The notes under the pieces were generated by a model that was not told the DNA's origin, did no database searches, and saw nothing but the letters and a program-made list of their open reading frames with translations. A stretch of 64,000 nucleotides of DNA, taken from Octopus bimaculoides. Taxonomy: Eukaryota. Position numbers and translations under genes: made by a program. This document shows positions 12,897 to 26,917 of the stretch, piece after piece (positions within the stretch are counted from its first letter, which is position 1; every line of letters begins with the position of its first letter). The DNA lies in contig NC_068981.1 in NCBI RefSeq assembly GCF_001194135.2, forward strand, positions 13,865,593-13,929,592, written 5' to 3'.

Positions 12897-13215
12897 TGTT
12901 CGGCAAAATGGTTAGGGCATTCGGCTCACAAACATAAGATCGAGAGTTCAATACCTGGTGCCGCATTGTGTCCTTGATCTAGACACTTTATTTCACGTTG
13001 CTCTAGTCCACTCAGCTGGAAAAATATGAGTAGTGGTTATATATCAAAGGGCAAGCCTTGTTATATTCTCTGTCACGCTAAATGTCCCTCAGCATTATAT
13101 TAAGTGTATGTGTGTCTGGAGAGTGCCCAGCCACTTGCACGTTAACTTCATGAAGAGGCTTCTATGTTGATCGGATTCAATTCAATACTCATCGTCGTAA
13201 ACGATGGTGTGCCAG
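12897..13215 (+). mobile_element. tRNA-derived CORE-like SINE (family A), full length
   Basis: A box, B box (gagttcaatacc), core tgtgtccttga...tttcacgttgctctagtccactcagctg, and a tail shared with 53488 and 59382. It lies ~100 bp upstream of an iGluR acceptor. Confidence 0.8.
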
Positions 13216-13399
13216 TAATATTCACACATCTGAATACTCATAGATATAGTTTCGAGCAAGACAACAAAATGAAGGCGAGGAAACAGAAAGAAATAAAAAA
13301 CGAAGGAAAAAAAACATAGGTAAAACAACAGGTTAAATGCATGATGTCTTTGATTCTTTTCTAATGATTAATATTTGAATGAGACAATATTTAAGTCTT

Positions 13400-13496
<97 letters not shown>

Positions 13497-14159
13497 CGTG
13501 GTTATTCCTTTCAACTCTGTTTCTTCCTCTCGAAGAGGGGAAAAGAGTGAAAGAAAAAGAGGGTAAGATAGAGAACAGCATGTCATTCAGAGATAGAGAA
13601 AGAACGTCAGATAAGATGTATAATATTGTACATAGACTCATATACATTATATATATGAGAATATGTAAGTAAGTATTTATGTATGTATGTATGTATGTAT
13701 GTATGTATGTATGTATGTATGTACGCATGCATCTATGTGTAGTAGTAGGATGTGCCTAGGGTCAGACATTCTATTCTGCCATCACAGACAAGCTGGTAAT
13801 TATAGATTTAGTTTCAAAGTTGATAGATTGCAATACATAACGGTTAGATTTTTTTAATATATTACGTAATACGGTTACATAACATTTTACTATAAGTAGC
13901 ACTGTTTGTTTCTTAGAATTTTTTAGTGTTCTCATTAGGAACAAGCATAGTGGAATTTTTAAGATTGTAGTTGCGCTGTTGAAATGAAATAAAATTTCTT
14001 TCAAACTTACTTTCACCACCATATCGAAGAGGTGCGCTAAAATGATGGACAAAAAGGGCATCATAATTACTTTTTATAAAATTTAGAGGTGTATATTTTC
14101 CCCTGTTATGTGTTGTGGCCACCTCTAATGACGCAGTTATTTTTCCATCGATGTCTACG

Positions 14160-14208
<49 letters not shown>

Positions 14209-14652
14209 GCCCACACACACAGACATACATACATACATGCAAGCACGAGGGGGTGCGGAAGTTCTTGGCTTCGGGTACAAGAAAATACAGGAGGATCAGT
14301 CAATTATGATTTTATTCAACATATTTCCCTCACAAATACACACACGTATTGCAGCAGTCCTTCCTTGTAAAAGATCTCGAAAGTTTAGGNNNNNNNNNNN
14401 NNNNNNNNNNNNNNNNNNNNNNNNNNNNNNNNNNNNNNNNNNNNNNNNNNNNNNNNNNNNNNNNNNNNNNNNNNNNNNNNNNNNNNNNNNNNNNNNNNNN
14501 NNNNNNNNNNNNNNNNNNNNNNNNNNNNNNNNNNNNNNNNNNNNNNNNNNNNNNNNNNNNNNNNNNNNNNNNNNNNNNNNNNNNNNNNNNNNNNNNNNNN
14601 NNNNNNNNNNNNNNNNNNNNNNNNNNNNNNNNNNNNNNNNNNNNNNNNNNNN

Positions 14653-14701
<49 letters not shown>

Positions 14702-16643
14702 TAAATACCCCTATGAGTAAACTTTTGACCTACAGTTTGTAACCTACGTCAAACGTGGGTACACATAATCATCCTTGCAGCTTGGACAAAGTGACTTATT
14801 TCTATAAGTGACTAATTCTATAACTTGATTAACAGATCAACATGCTGTTATGAGTCAGTCCCCTTCCACTGGTGTATCGCATGCATTTTGTACACATCGT
14901 CTAAAAGGAGGATGCGTTTTCCGATGCTGAAAACAAAACCAATCGGATATTCACGTTCAGATCTGACAAAATGTATTACGATTGAACAGATACATTATGG
15001 TTTGGAGATTCACTGTTCTGTGCGCGACTCATGAAAAAGGTAATGATTCAGTAACATTTACGGCACTTTAACTTTTAATTTACGATGTGATAGTAAATTT
15101 TAGTGTTCAATTCAAAACTTGTTACAGACAAATTCATTTAGTTAATAAAATCGATAAAGTAAATAATCTTTAAGAGATGCACGAACCCCATCCACAGGCG
15201 TGCGTGTGAAAGTGGACAGCTGAGCAGGATGTTATGGTTTCTATGACAGGACCGGCTGGTGCAATTTATCCTTTTTCTTCGCAGTTTATTTCACGACGCT
15301 TCAGTCTTAGCAGTTACAGAAAACCTGCTCAGCGCAAGAGAAGACGTCTCACCCTTCAGATGTTATATCCAGGATACACTGCTGCATCAAATGTAGGAGT
15401 GTCGTGAGAGCATTTACATCTGCTCATGAACAATTAACCATCTCACGCAATTAGCGAAATCATAGTTCATAGTATCAAATCATACACGTTTGCAAAGGAA
15501 GTCTACAGTGTTTGTTTCTAGGCACGCATGCGCGCGCGCACACACACACACACACACTCACACACTCACACAGACACACAGACACACATACACACACACA
15601 GACACACACACATATATAATAAGTAAATGGGGTCATATCCTTGCCGTATCTTTACGAAACTTGACTACATATTCCAGTGCTCAGAATATATTTGTAGATG
15701 TCACAATTAATATGAGAGCCGAAACTGCTGGAGATACTGTCAAATATTATAAAATACTGTTTGCAGAGAAGTTGCAAAAGAGACAACTGGAAAAAAAAGA
15801 ACTCTCTGGTATCCTTTATTCCCCATTACTTATGTTTCATTACTAATACGAGTTACATAACCACACATGTAGAAAGTCATGTAAAACATCTACTAGTAAT
15901 TATTCAAACCGAGAATTATAATACGGGTTATTCAAAAGCCTTATTTGAATCCTCGGTCGGAAGAAAAGGGAAATGCTTCACATGTTTTCCTACATGTGAA
16001 CCTATGTTACTCGTATTAGTAATGTGGATCAGATAATGCTGAAATGTGTTTTGATATATTGTAATGTCAGAGTTTATTTGACATAGCACAAACAAGTATA
16101 CAATTCTACGTAAACTGGAATTCTACACATGCACACAAACACACACACACACGCGCGCGTGTGTATGTGTTTGTGTGTAGCGGTTGACGCTTTCACCACC
16201 ACTGAGGACATTTTCCAATCCATAATTTAAAATCCGAACGTCAAAAACTGTGTTAATGTATTCTTACATCAATCTCCGTATATCGCTACTTTTTATGAGA
16301 ATTTCTTTCCTCAAATCAATCTCTCCAAACTTTGTATTTTGATCACTGGTCGAATTAGACCCGAGAGACGGTGTCTGACGATACAATCGATCCATATACG
16401 TGTAATAAAAGTGATTCAACTACTAAAATTTTCATTTTTGTTTCGTAGTTGATTTTAAACGTAACACAATTCACATCTGTATACATTTAATACGCAACAG
16501 TACATATATGTATATACATATTTATATATACATATGTGTATAAATNNNNNNNNNNNNNNNNNNNNNNNNNNNNNNNNNNNNNNNNNNNNNNNNNNNNNNN
16601 NNNNNNNNNNNNNNNNNNNNNNNNNNNNNNNNNNNNNNNNNNN

Positions 16644-16687
<44 letters not shown>

Positions 16688-17529
16688 TATATTCGTGTGT
16701 GCATATATGCAAAATATACAAAGATGTATATATTACATACATTAAACACACACTTATATACACCATGTGTCACTGTGTAAGTGTGTAATAGGGCTGTGTT
16801 GGAAAAAATATTTTATTTGACGTTGAATGTCGCCAAATTCATATGGAAATATGTTTTGTATAAAATAAGTATATACGTTGTAAATGTTTGCAAACAAGAT
16901 ATCAATGGATCATTATGGCGAAATATCAATTCACTTCTAATCGTTCAATGTCTATGTATTTATTAGTTTGTAAGATAGTTGTCAACTTTTATTGATTCAC
17001 TATAGTTACATGACTTATGGAAATGAATCCTTCTTTAGTTGCATGAAAAATATTCTCCACCACGCGAACATGTCTAGTTTTACATATTAATGGCTAAGAT
17101 TATAGTATAAATAATTCTACACATTAAAGATATAAGTTCTAAGAAGAAAATGAACGGTTGAATGTTTTCTTTACTCATGTCTAGGCTTCCACGGAATAGT
17201 ATTAAAGTTAACAATTGAAGGGAGAAAATAGGCGTAAGTGACAAATTGGTCTATGAAGGTAATTACGATAAGAATCAGCCCGAATATCAATTTATACACA
17301 TTGCAGCTGGTTTGGTATCTTTTAAAGGTTTTATTATATCTGATAATAGATAAAGCTTTTGTGGATTTCACAAAGTTATCCAAATGTTAGCATGTTCATG
17401 GTCTTAACAAGATATTGTTTGAATGTATTTTGTCTATAATCAGTTCAAATAAATTGAATCCTGTTAAGCAAGTATTTGAATATTAAACAACAATATCAAA
17501 ATATGTAGGAAATCGAAGGCAAAAATTGT

Positions 17530-18390
17530 TGTTGTGCTTTTAAGTGCTACCGGCAGGAGAGCCAATCAGTTGGTACTTGCACGGCCACGCTCAAATGGCC
17601 ACCTGCACAGGAGCCAGTCCAGTGGCCCTGGCAACGATCACGCTTGGATGGTGCTTTTAACGTTTCACTGGTACGGGTGCCAGTCAGGCAGTGCTGTCAT
17701 CGGCCACGTCAGCGAATTTTCATTGTGTTTCACTTGCCTCAACAGATCTTTGCAAGCACGGCATAAGTAGGCTGGTTACACCGCTGGCATAGGCCACGGG
17801 TTATTGTCTCACGTGGCTTGCAGGGTTTTTTCAAGCACAGTATATTTCCAAAGGACTCGGTCACAAGTCATAGCTTCAGTGAGGCCCAATGTTCGAACGT
17901 CGTGCTATACCACCTCATCCCAGGTCTTTCTGGGTCTACCTCTTCCACAGATTCCTTCAACAGCTAGGGTGTGATACTTTTTCACACAGCTGTCCTCATC
18001 CATTCGCTCCACATGTCCATACCAGCGCAGTCGTCTCTCTTGCACACCACATCTGATGCTTCTTAGGTTTGACTTTTCTCTCAAGGCGCCTACACTGTCG
18101 TGTATGCACACTGACATTACACGTCCAGCGGAACGTACTGGCTTCATTCTTTGCAAGCGTGTGCATGTCCTCAGCAGTCACGGCCCATATTTCACTGCCA
18201 TGTAGCTGGCTGTCGGTACACATGCTTCATACAGTCTACCTTTTACTCTGAGCGAAAGGCTCTTTGTTACCAGCAGAGCTAGGAGCTCTCTGAAATTTGT
18301 CCGGGCTATTCAAATTCTTGCATCAACCCCCACCACTGACTTGGTCACTTAGGTATCGGAAGCTGTCAACTACTTCTAATTTTTCTCCCT
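17530..18390 (-). mobile_element. RTE LINE, ORF2 C-terminus and 3' UTR, frameshifted
   Basis: LEVVDSFRYL, LHGSEIWAVT and ERRLRWYGHVERMDEDSCVKK...GRGRPRKTW are diagnostic RTE motifs. Confidence 0.9.
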
Positions 18391-18393
18391 GCA

Positions 18394-18432
<39 letters not shown>

Positions 18433-18435
18433 TAT

Positions 18436-19465
18436 ATGATGATGGCTGCCCCCTCGTTATCGAGTACGGCCATTGCACGAAGCTTAACTTAACGGTGCTG
18501 TGATCGAATGTGACTTTTTATCCCAACCAAAGATCTACAATGTCTTGCACAGAGTTGGCATCCAAAACCTTTACTGGCAATAGCTGGCTGTTGTTGTAAT
18601 TGGGTTCCATGTACCTTTGCGTGTCGTTTAAGTCCTCCTGCTGAATCACACTCCCTTCCCCATGCCCGACAGACATGATTAGTATGGTGTGTAGCACCAC
18701 CACCAGCGGCCTGGTAGTCAATCATCGGTCTTGCTTTATGACTACGAAGATGACTCATGAGTCCAGCTTTACTGAGGCACAGTCTTGCACAGACACTGCA
18801 TGTCAGTGTCATCAGAAGACCCTTACCATCTGGAGGTGCAACAACAATGCCTTTCCTGACATCCCTCCTTAATTTCTCATGTGCAATTCGTGGTTTCTCA
18901 AAAATAGTTGTCCCCTCGTGCACAATCCTTCTCCACCTGCCACGGTCAGTAGCTATGCCTTCCCATGTGTTAGGAGAGATGTTGGCATCTCTCAAGGAAA
19001 CCTTCAGCAAGTCTTTATATCTCTTTTTTGGCTTATGTGGAGGTCGTTCTCCTTTGGCTAACTCTCCATAAAAGAGCTGTTTTGGAATCCTTGAATCTTT
19101 CATCCTGACTAGATGACCTCTCCACCTGAGCCTTTGCTTCAACTCAAGAGCTTCTACGCTTTCATGCCGAGAGCTTTCCAATATGTCAAGATCGCTGATG
19201 CGGTCCTCCCACTTCATGCAACAGATCCGTCTGAGACACATCTGATGGAAACGTTCCAGTTGTTTAAGGTGGCATCGATATGTGACCCAGGTCTCGCAGG
19301 AATAAAGAAGAGAAGAGAGTATACACGCCTTGTACACCTTTATCTTTGTCTTCCTGCATATGTCTCGCCGACCCCAGAGACGTCTTTCTAGCCTTCTGAA
19401 AGCATCACTTGCTTTCCTAATTCTATATGGAATTTCATTGTCCAAATTGCCATATCTATTAGCAT
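18436..19465 (-). mobile_element. RTE (BovB-like) LINE 3' portion with open ORF2 ending in three C2H2-type zinc fingers
   Basis: About 325 codons without a stop: KTKIKVYKACILSSLLYSCETW, RLRWRGHLVRMKDSRIPKQLFYGEL. Stop at 18489, then the tail ...gcagccatcatcat. Confidence 0.92.
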
Positions 19466-19962
19466 ATATAATGCTATATATACAAATNNNNNNNNNNNNN
19501 NNNNNNNNNNNNNNNNNNNNNNNNNNNNNNNNNNNNNNNNNNNNNNNNNNNNNNNNNNNNNNNNNNNNNNNNNNNNNNNNNNNNNNNNNNNNNNNNNNNN
19601 NNNNNNNNNNNNNNNNNNNNNNNNNNNNNNNNNNNNNNNNNNNNNNNNNNNNNNNNNNNNNNNNNNNNNNNNNNNNNNNNNNNNNNNNNNNNNNNNNNNN
19701 NNNNNNNNNNNNNNNNNNNNNNNNNNNNNNNNNNNNNNNNNNNNNNNNNNNNNNNNNNNNNNNNNNNNNNNNNNNNNNNNNNNNNNNNNNNNNNNNNNNN
19801 NNNNNNNNNNNNNNNNNNNNNNNNNNNNNNNNNNNNNNNNNNNNNNNNNNNNNNNNNNNNNNNNNNNNNNNNNNNNNNNNNNNNNNNNNNNNNNNNNNNN
19901 NNNNNNNNNNNNNNNNNNNNNNNNNNNNNNNNNNNNNNNNNNNNNNNNNNNNNNNNNNNNNN

Positions 19963-20014
<52 letters not shown>

Positions 20015-20058
20015 TGCTTACATGTGTGCGTGTGTATCTGTGTGTACAGGCTTGTGTT

Positions 20059-20205
20059 AAGGCGCATGACTCAGTATTTAACGTTTTACGCTTACAATCG
20101 CTGGGTCGTGGGTTCGATAATCGGACTGTGCGGCGTATTGTGTTCCGGATCAAAACATTTAATTTACGTTGCTTCATTCCACTCGGCTGGAAATTAGTAA
20201 TCTTG
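20059..20205 (+). mobile_element. SINE family A, 3'-truncated
   Basis: ggcgcatgactcagt...gggttcgataatc...ttacgttgcttcattccactcggctg. Confidence 0.6.
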
Positions 20206-21144
20206 TAAATGGGCTTCCTTATGATTGGAAAGAGGGAAATTCCTCTTACCATTCCAGAAGGATTTTGTTCTGTCTACCTTGCCAACGGGGTCATTCGAAA
20301 GCTAAGACGATGTAAGACTCATTGTCATCAGCGATGCCTAACAACATGTGATATTCTTGTCTGTCACATGATCGCCGGAAGGTTCGCGCGCGCGCGTGCA
20401 TATGTGTCACAGAGATGAATATCAGTTATATGTCTCCCACTATGTCTCTATTAAGATGTACGATTTTAGATGCATTATAACTGAAAAACTATAAGCTGCG
20501 GCTACATGAGACAGCTTGTGAGAACCAGCCACGTTTTAATATTAAATATGATTCTAGCAGTGAATGAAAGACTGTTCTTTTTACAACAGACCAACTACTA
20601 CTACTTTAAACATCAAGGAATATATTCTATATAATCATTTCAATAGTTTCGATATGTCTTATTTCATTTGAAAGTCTCAGCAAAAATATAATCTGTTTAG
20701 TTTGTCTAGATACATGAAAGGGAGACGCCACATATCTAACCAGCTACGTTTGACAATGATGACCATCAATAGCGTACATTAATATCTTGTTCTGAGAGTC
20801 TGAAGTACAACAGCGTGGTACTTTCACAGCATTGATGTCAAAAGCTGTTTTGCTAAATATCTAATCAATGTGATGCGGATAAGATTTGAAATATTACCTC
20901 TACAATGCAGCAGAAGTGTCAATTGAAATAGCGTACTGATAATTGAAGGAATAAGATTTATAATGGATTGAAATGTATAACAAAAACGAATCTCATCAAC
21001 TCTTCTACTTTCTGATATAGCCAGGGAGACTGGATGAAATCCCATTAAAAAAAGAAAAAAAAACATTAAATTATTTCACCTTCCAGTATTCTGCAAATTT
21101 TTAAAAGACAACACGAACAACACCAATATACAGAAAAAATATAT

Positions 21145-21241
<97 letters not shown>

Positions 21242-21956
21242 CATATATATACACATACAAAATTATACAAGCATTTATCTAGATATATATGTGTGTATGT
21301 GTGTGTGCGTGTGTGTATATACATAAATATATATACATAACAATATATGTGTAATTATATAAACATATGCATAGATTTGTGTATAAGAATGTGCGCGTGC
21401 GTGAGTCTGTGTATATATAAACACTCATGCAATACACTGACATATATATATNNNNNNNNNNNNNNNNNNNNNNNNNNNNNNNNNNNNNNNNNNNNNNNNN
21501 NNNNNNNNNNNNNNNNNNNNNNNNNNNNNNNNNNNNNNNNNNNNNNNNNNNNNNNNNNNNNNNNNNNNNNNNNNNNNNNNNNNNNNNNNNNNNNNNNNNN
21601 NNNNNNNNNNNNNNNNNNNNNNNNNNNNNNNNNNNNNNNNNNNNNNNNNNNNNNNNNNNNNNNNNNNNNNNNNNNNNNNNNNNNNNNNNNNNNNNNNNNN
21701 NNNNNNNNNNNNNNNNNNNNNNNNNNNNNNNNNNNNNNNNNNNNNNNNNNNNNNNNNNNNNNNNNNNNNNNNNNNNNNNNNNNNNNNNNNNNNNNNNNNN
21801 NNNNNNNNNNNNNNNNNNNNNNNNNNNNNNNNNNNNNNNNNNNNNNNNNNNNNNNNNNNNNNNNNNNNNNNGCTGATGCAAACATAAACTCAAGGTTACA
21901 ATATACGAGTGTACATTAAATGAGAGGAGAGACGAATCAAGCACATTTACGTTGCC

Positions 21957-21993
<37 letters not shown>

Positions 21994-21996
<3 letters not shown>

Positions 21997-22151
21997 TTTT
22001 TTTGATCCCTTTTGATCGAACTACCCCCTTTTCCTTCCTACGATCCCTTTTGATAGACCCCCCTTTTTTTTTCTTCCCCTCCCAAAAAGAAAAGCTCTAC
22101 ATTGTATTTGTCCCATCTTCGTTGAGCCCTGTGTGGCTAATAAAAGAAATG
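21994..22151 (+). mobile_element. Probable L1/Tx1-like 3' UTR fragment between (TATC)n tracts
   Basis: Pyrimidine-rich segment ending gccctgtgtggctaataaaagaaat, flanked by (TATC)n on both sides and next to an L1 RT. Confidence 0.4.
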
Positions 22152-22168
22152 TATCTATCTATCTATCT

Positions 22169-23856
22169 CGAGAGGTTGGCGCTTATCATCGAGAAACTAG
22201 TCGACAAGGCGTAAACGTGCGCCGTGCCGGGTAGGAGTATCCATGACAACCTCCATCTCATGCGCTACATCATAGACAGGGTAGTTAAGGAACCTGACAT
22301 GGGTAGAGAGCTGATTAATTTGGATCATCAATCAAAAGCATTCGATAGGGTAGACCATCACTACTTGAAGGAGGCTGTCCTTAAAGCGGTTAGTTTCGGT
22401 CCCATCTTCCCCGGTTGGATCGCTGCCTTATACAGCGGCATCCGCTCGGTAGTTCGCGTTAATGGTCATCTATTCAGGTCATTTAACATCATGCGTTCGG
22501 TTCATCAAGGATGCCCCCTCTCGACTCTTCTGTATGTATTGACTCTTGAGTCACTACTGCGGAAGCTGGCGACGCTGAAGGGCATCCCACGAGAGCTGGG
22601 ATGCATGACGAGCGTGTCTGCATACGCGGACGACGTCACCATCATAGTGTCGAGCCACAAGCACATCGAACTGGTCGGCGAGACACTAAAAGAATACGAA
22701 GCAGTAACGATAGCAAAGATTAACCGGGAAAAGTCAGTGGACTTGTGACTCGGCACCTGGAGAAGCAAGCCCATGCCGTCCAACAGCGTCTCCATCGTGG
22801 GACACTGGACCGACGGACAGGTTAAATTACTCGGAGTCTGGTTCGGTTCGGACCTCCAAATGGAGAAGAGCTGGGGTGAAATAACGACTAGAGTGGCCAC
22901 TCTCACCCAGCAATGGGCCGAGAGGAAGTTATCATTAAAGGTCGGGCGAGGTGGCGAACGCGTATATCGCATCCGTCATCGAGTACCGTCTGACCATCGT
23001 GCCTTGTCTCGACCCTACCAGTACCAATCTAGAACGTATACTCTTCCGCTTCTTGTGGAAGGGAAGCGTTCCGTTGGTTAGGCGATCCATTTCCTGTTAA
23101 CACCCGCTAAATGGAGGGCTCGGCATGCCGTGGTTGATGACGCGCAGACATGCGCTGAAACTGCGACATCTCCGGAGCTTCATAGACGACGGTGAACAGG
23201 TGTAGTAGCCGTTTGTGCGGCACGCTTTCCCGCAGCTCGTCTCCTTGGCCGAACTGCTGTCGTCGATCAAAGAGAGACCGAGATTAGGCGAATGACACCG
23301 TGAGTGTCGCGTTGCTCTCAAGCAACTCTGCCGTCCGGGACAATAGAGGTTTAGTGGAGGGGATATGCGACGACGCTCTCGGGCAGAATCTGGGCGTTTA
23401 CGAGGAACACCTGACCCGCCTGTTCAGGACAACTTTCGGGCCGGGACCAATGGACAATCAGCAAAGATCCATCGCCTGGCAGTGCCATCGAGAAGCATTA
23501 CCTGTTCGGGATAAGCTCTACAGGCACGGTTCAAGACACACCGGACCGACTTGCCCGAGATGCGGTCAGAGCGACGAAATCGTTCTGCACGCACTCGTGC
23601 AGTGTCCAGCCATTTCGGACCTGTGGGCTTATGTCGAACGGCTACTGTCACGTGGGGACGAGTCCGTCTGTCGGCCGAGTCTATCGTGAAAGTTGCTCCA
23701 CCACCTTTCCTCAACCGGGAAGGCTAGGCAATATTCATCGTACTGGTGGTTATGGTGAAAGAATGCGTGGTGGACTCGAGCGAAAGGATTAGAGACAAAC
23801 TCTTACCACTCTAGCCAATCGCTCATCAAATTTTTCAAGTACCACTTGAAAAAGGC
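22169..23856 (+). mobile_element. L1/Tx1-like LINE ORF2 (RT to C-terminus), frameshifted
   Basis: PGRSIHDNLHLMRYII, LDxSKAFDRVDH, QGCPLS, SAYADDVTI, KLLGVWFG, GGLGMP, and the C-terminal CPRCGQSDEIVLHALVQC knuckle. Confidence 0.92.
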
Positions 23857-25300
23857 CTCTCTCTCTGCTGTCTCCCTTACATAGTTTTGTTGCAGGCTTT
23901 TTTCAATCTCCATCAGTGTTGTTTTTAGACGGGAACTTTCGCTATTTTTGGAATGTTGGTTGAAACGATTTGCAGCCTTCGTCCGTCGTCTCATGAGGAT
24001 CTTCCTCTCCTTTGGAATCTTGTTTAGTTTTGTGTTGGCCTTGTGCTCTGGGAAATATTTCTGGTATATGGTTTGCATAACAGACAAGAAATATTCTAGT
24101 TTCATGCCAATATATTGGTGTGAAGTGACATTTCGGCTAGTCCTGTCTGAAAATGTCTTATCGGATCGATTTCCAGTCTGTTTTGTGGAAAGTTCAGATT
24201 GGAGAGATTTGGGGTGTTTCCTTTAGGATGTATGTCTCTGGTTACTTTCGGCCCAGTCAGCGTCACTTTCACATCATGGACGATGTCCATATTGTTTGTG
24301 AAGCAGAGATCCAAAATATTATTCGCCCTAGTTGATTCTAAGTAGAACTTGCTCAATGAATAGGGCATTGGTGAAGTTGAGCAGGGATTCCACCTGTACT
24401 TGTTTGTAATAAGTCATTCCTGAGAACATGAGGCCTTCAGTCTATTTGACGTTGGGGAATATGAAATCACCCATAAATACGTTCACGTGGTGTTCCACTT
24501 TCATGAGGATTTCTCTAATTCTTGTGAGGCGATCTTCAAACTTACCTGTGTTGTTTGGAGCATCTGGTGGGCGATATGTATTGCGTATGACAATATATAT
24601 AGTGTTGTCTTATATATACAATTAGTGTCACATACTGAATTTGAGTATGACAGTAAGACCCGGGGTATGAGGTCATCACGGATGTATACAGCATCCCCAC
24701 CATGTCTCATTTCTCTTCTGTCTGTTCCCAGTATGGCATATTTTGTTATATGTATTTCTGCATCCTCTATATCGGGGCTCAGGTAAGATTCCATGAGTGC
24801 TGTGCAGAGCACTTGATTGCATGCAGGAAGGTCCCTGAGAAAACAAATTTTGCTTTTGTTATGATGTAACAGGCCCCCAATATTTAGTAAAAATATTGGA
24901 GTGACGACTGTGCAGGCGTTCGGGGAGGCCATCCCGTGACTGTTTTCTATGGTGTTCTTGCGCAGTGGTGTGCAAGATTCTTTGTTTGTGCTTGATGTAG
25001 CCAGGTCAGCTGCTGCACAATCATTTTCCTCATGTACAAAAAAGACTCTTGCTCAGCTGCTGTTTTGTGCATAAAATCTGAAGAACGCACTGCTTTTGCA
25101 TATTTTTCTATGGAGACGCTTGGTGTCTTTCCTCAGGGAAGTATTTCTCCTTAAGACCCCTGTAATTTTAGCGGAATCTCGAGTGAGCAATCGACTCTCT
25201 CCTCCAAGATACAAGTCTCTTAGCCTTTTAAAGTTTTATTATTGATAGTATTATCGTTGTTTATCAGGAAATTAGCCTATTAGCTAAGTGATTGCTTGAT
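23857..25300 (-). mobile_element. CR1/L2-group LINE, ORF1 end and ORF2 APE endonuclease region, degenerate
   Basis: LLNIGGL..., ALMESYLSPDIEDAEIHI, GGDAVYIRDDL and TRANNILDLCFTNNMDIV are APE motifs. Confidence 0.85.
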
Positions 25301-26205
25301 TAATTTCCATTAAATCTGTTTGTCAGAGTCTTTTTGTCCCAGTTCCCGACCTCATGAATGGTATGTCATCGTTACTGCCGATCTGTCACGCTGTCACCTG
25401 ACATTTCTGACAGTATTTACAAATTTGATGTGTGTGAACGGTGTATATATGGTTGAGTTTCTTTGTTATGTTGTATTTGTTTTTGTGCAGTCTGTGTTCG
25501 TTTGCGCACACTCTTCTGCGTGTCCGTACGCTTAGAAAAAAAGGACCCAACCAAAATACATTTTTCAATATGATATTTATACACTAAAATCATGCAATAC
25601 AAAAAATAAACTTTCTCCCTTTCATATATGTGTGTCTGTGTATAGATAGATTGATATTTAATACGCATTGAAACCTCTTTCTCACTCTTCCTTCAGCTTA
25701 ATATTGTGTCTGCTAGAACTGGTCATAAAAGCAAACATGTATTCATATCTATTCTGCTGTATATATGGGCCTTATAAATTACGCATACACATATACTGTA
25801 TATATAATACATATACATTTAGATGTATATATCTATACATGCAACACACACAAATATATATATATATATTTACGTGTGTATATATATNNNNNNNNNNNNN
25901 NNNNNNNNNNNNNNNNNNNNNNNNNNNNNNNNNNNNNNNNNNNNNNNNNNNNNNNNNNNNNNNNNNNNNNNNNNNNNNNNNNNNNNNNNNNNNNNNNNNN
26001 NNNNNNNNNNNNNNNNNNNNNNNNNNNNNNNNNNNNNNNNNNNNNNNNNNNNNNNNNNNNNNNNNNNNNNNNNNNNNNNNNNNNNNNNNNNNNNNNNNNN
26101 NNNNNNNNNNNNNNNNNNNNNNNNNNNNNNNNNNNNNNNNNNNNNNNNNNNNNNNNNNNNNNNNNNNNNNNNNNNNNNNNNNNNNNNNNNNNNNNNNNNN
26201 NNNNA

Positions 26206-26760
26206 TGAGCTCATCTCCCCTTATCTCTCCTTTTCTTCACTCCTACCCACCGCACCACTACACCACCACACCACATCACACCTCCCCAAACCACTCCACA
26301 CACACTATCACTGACCACTTCCCAGCACCCACACCATACACCATCATCTGCACACCTTCACACCATCATCCACACACTCACACATTATAGACGCACACAC
26401 GCACGCACACCGCCACACACGTCAAAGTCACTAGCGTCTATCCACATACACATGCACACACACTCTTACATACACACGCATGCCCACCTTCGTTTTGGGA
26501 TCCTCAATACTTTTTTGATATATCCCCTTCTTTCAACCTCTTCTGCCAAACCTTCTTTTCCAACCAGTCACCATACTTTACCGCTAAAACCACAAGGTTT
26601 TTTCGTTCTCTCTTTCTTTTTTCGTATTCCTTTCTGTCGAAGGGCGTATGCTTGAAATGTAAAATAATTTCTCACTTTCGCGAGCGTCAAACTAATACAC
26701 CTGCTTGTTGTTCATACACCTGTTTTTGTCTTTTGTTTTTCCATAAATTTCAACTACAGA
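26206..26760 (+). mobile_element. Penelope-like 3' terminal fragment (CAC-rich tract plus variant hammerhead-like motif at 26630-26664)
   Basis: Homologous to 670-800. It contains CTTT-CTGTCGA-A-GGGC-GTAT-GCTT-GAAA-TGT-A-AAA. Confidence 0.5.
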
Positions 26761-26761
26761 C

Positions 26762-26798
<37 letters not shown>

Positions 26799-26800
26799 CA

Positions 26801-26832
<32 letters not shown>

Positions 26833-26917
26833 ACTCGTTATTCACGTGACTAGATATCCATTTGACCGCTGCCACAGACATTTAAATAATGAAATAAGTA
26901 TATATTTTATACTCTAC

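Noticed and set aside
14009-14160. Minus frame DGKITASLEV...NYDALFVHHFSAPLRYGGE ending at a GTAAGT donor
   Set aside because: The phase (1) is incompatible with the phase-0 chain, the acceptor abuts a (TG)n tract, and 26918-27121 already supplies this part of the protein.
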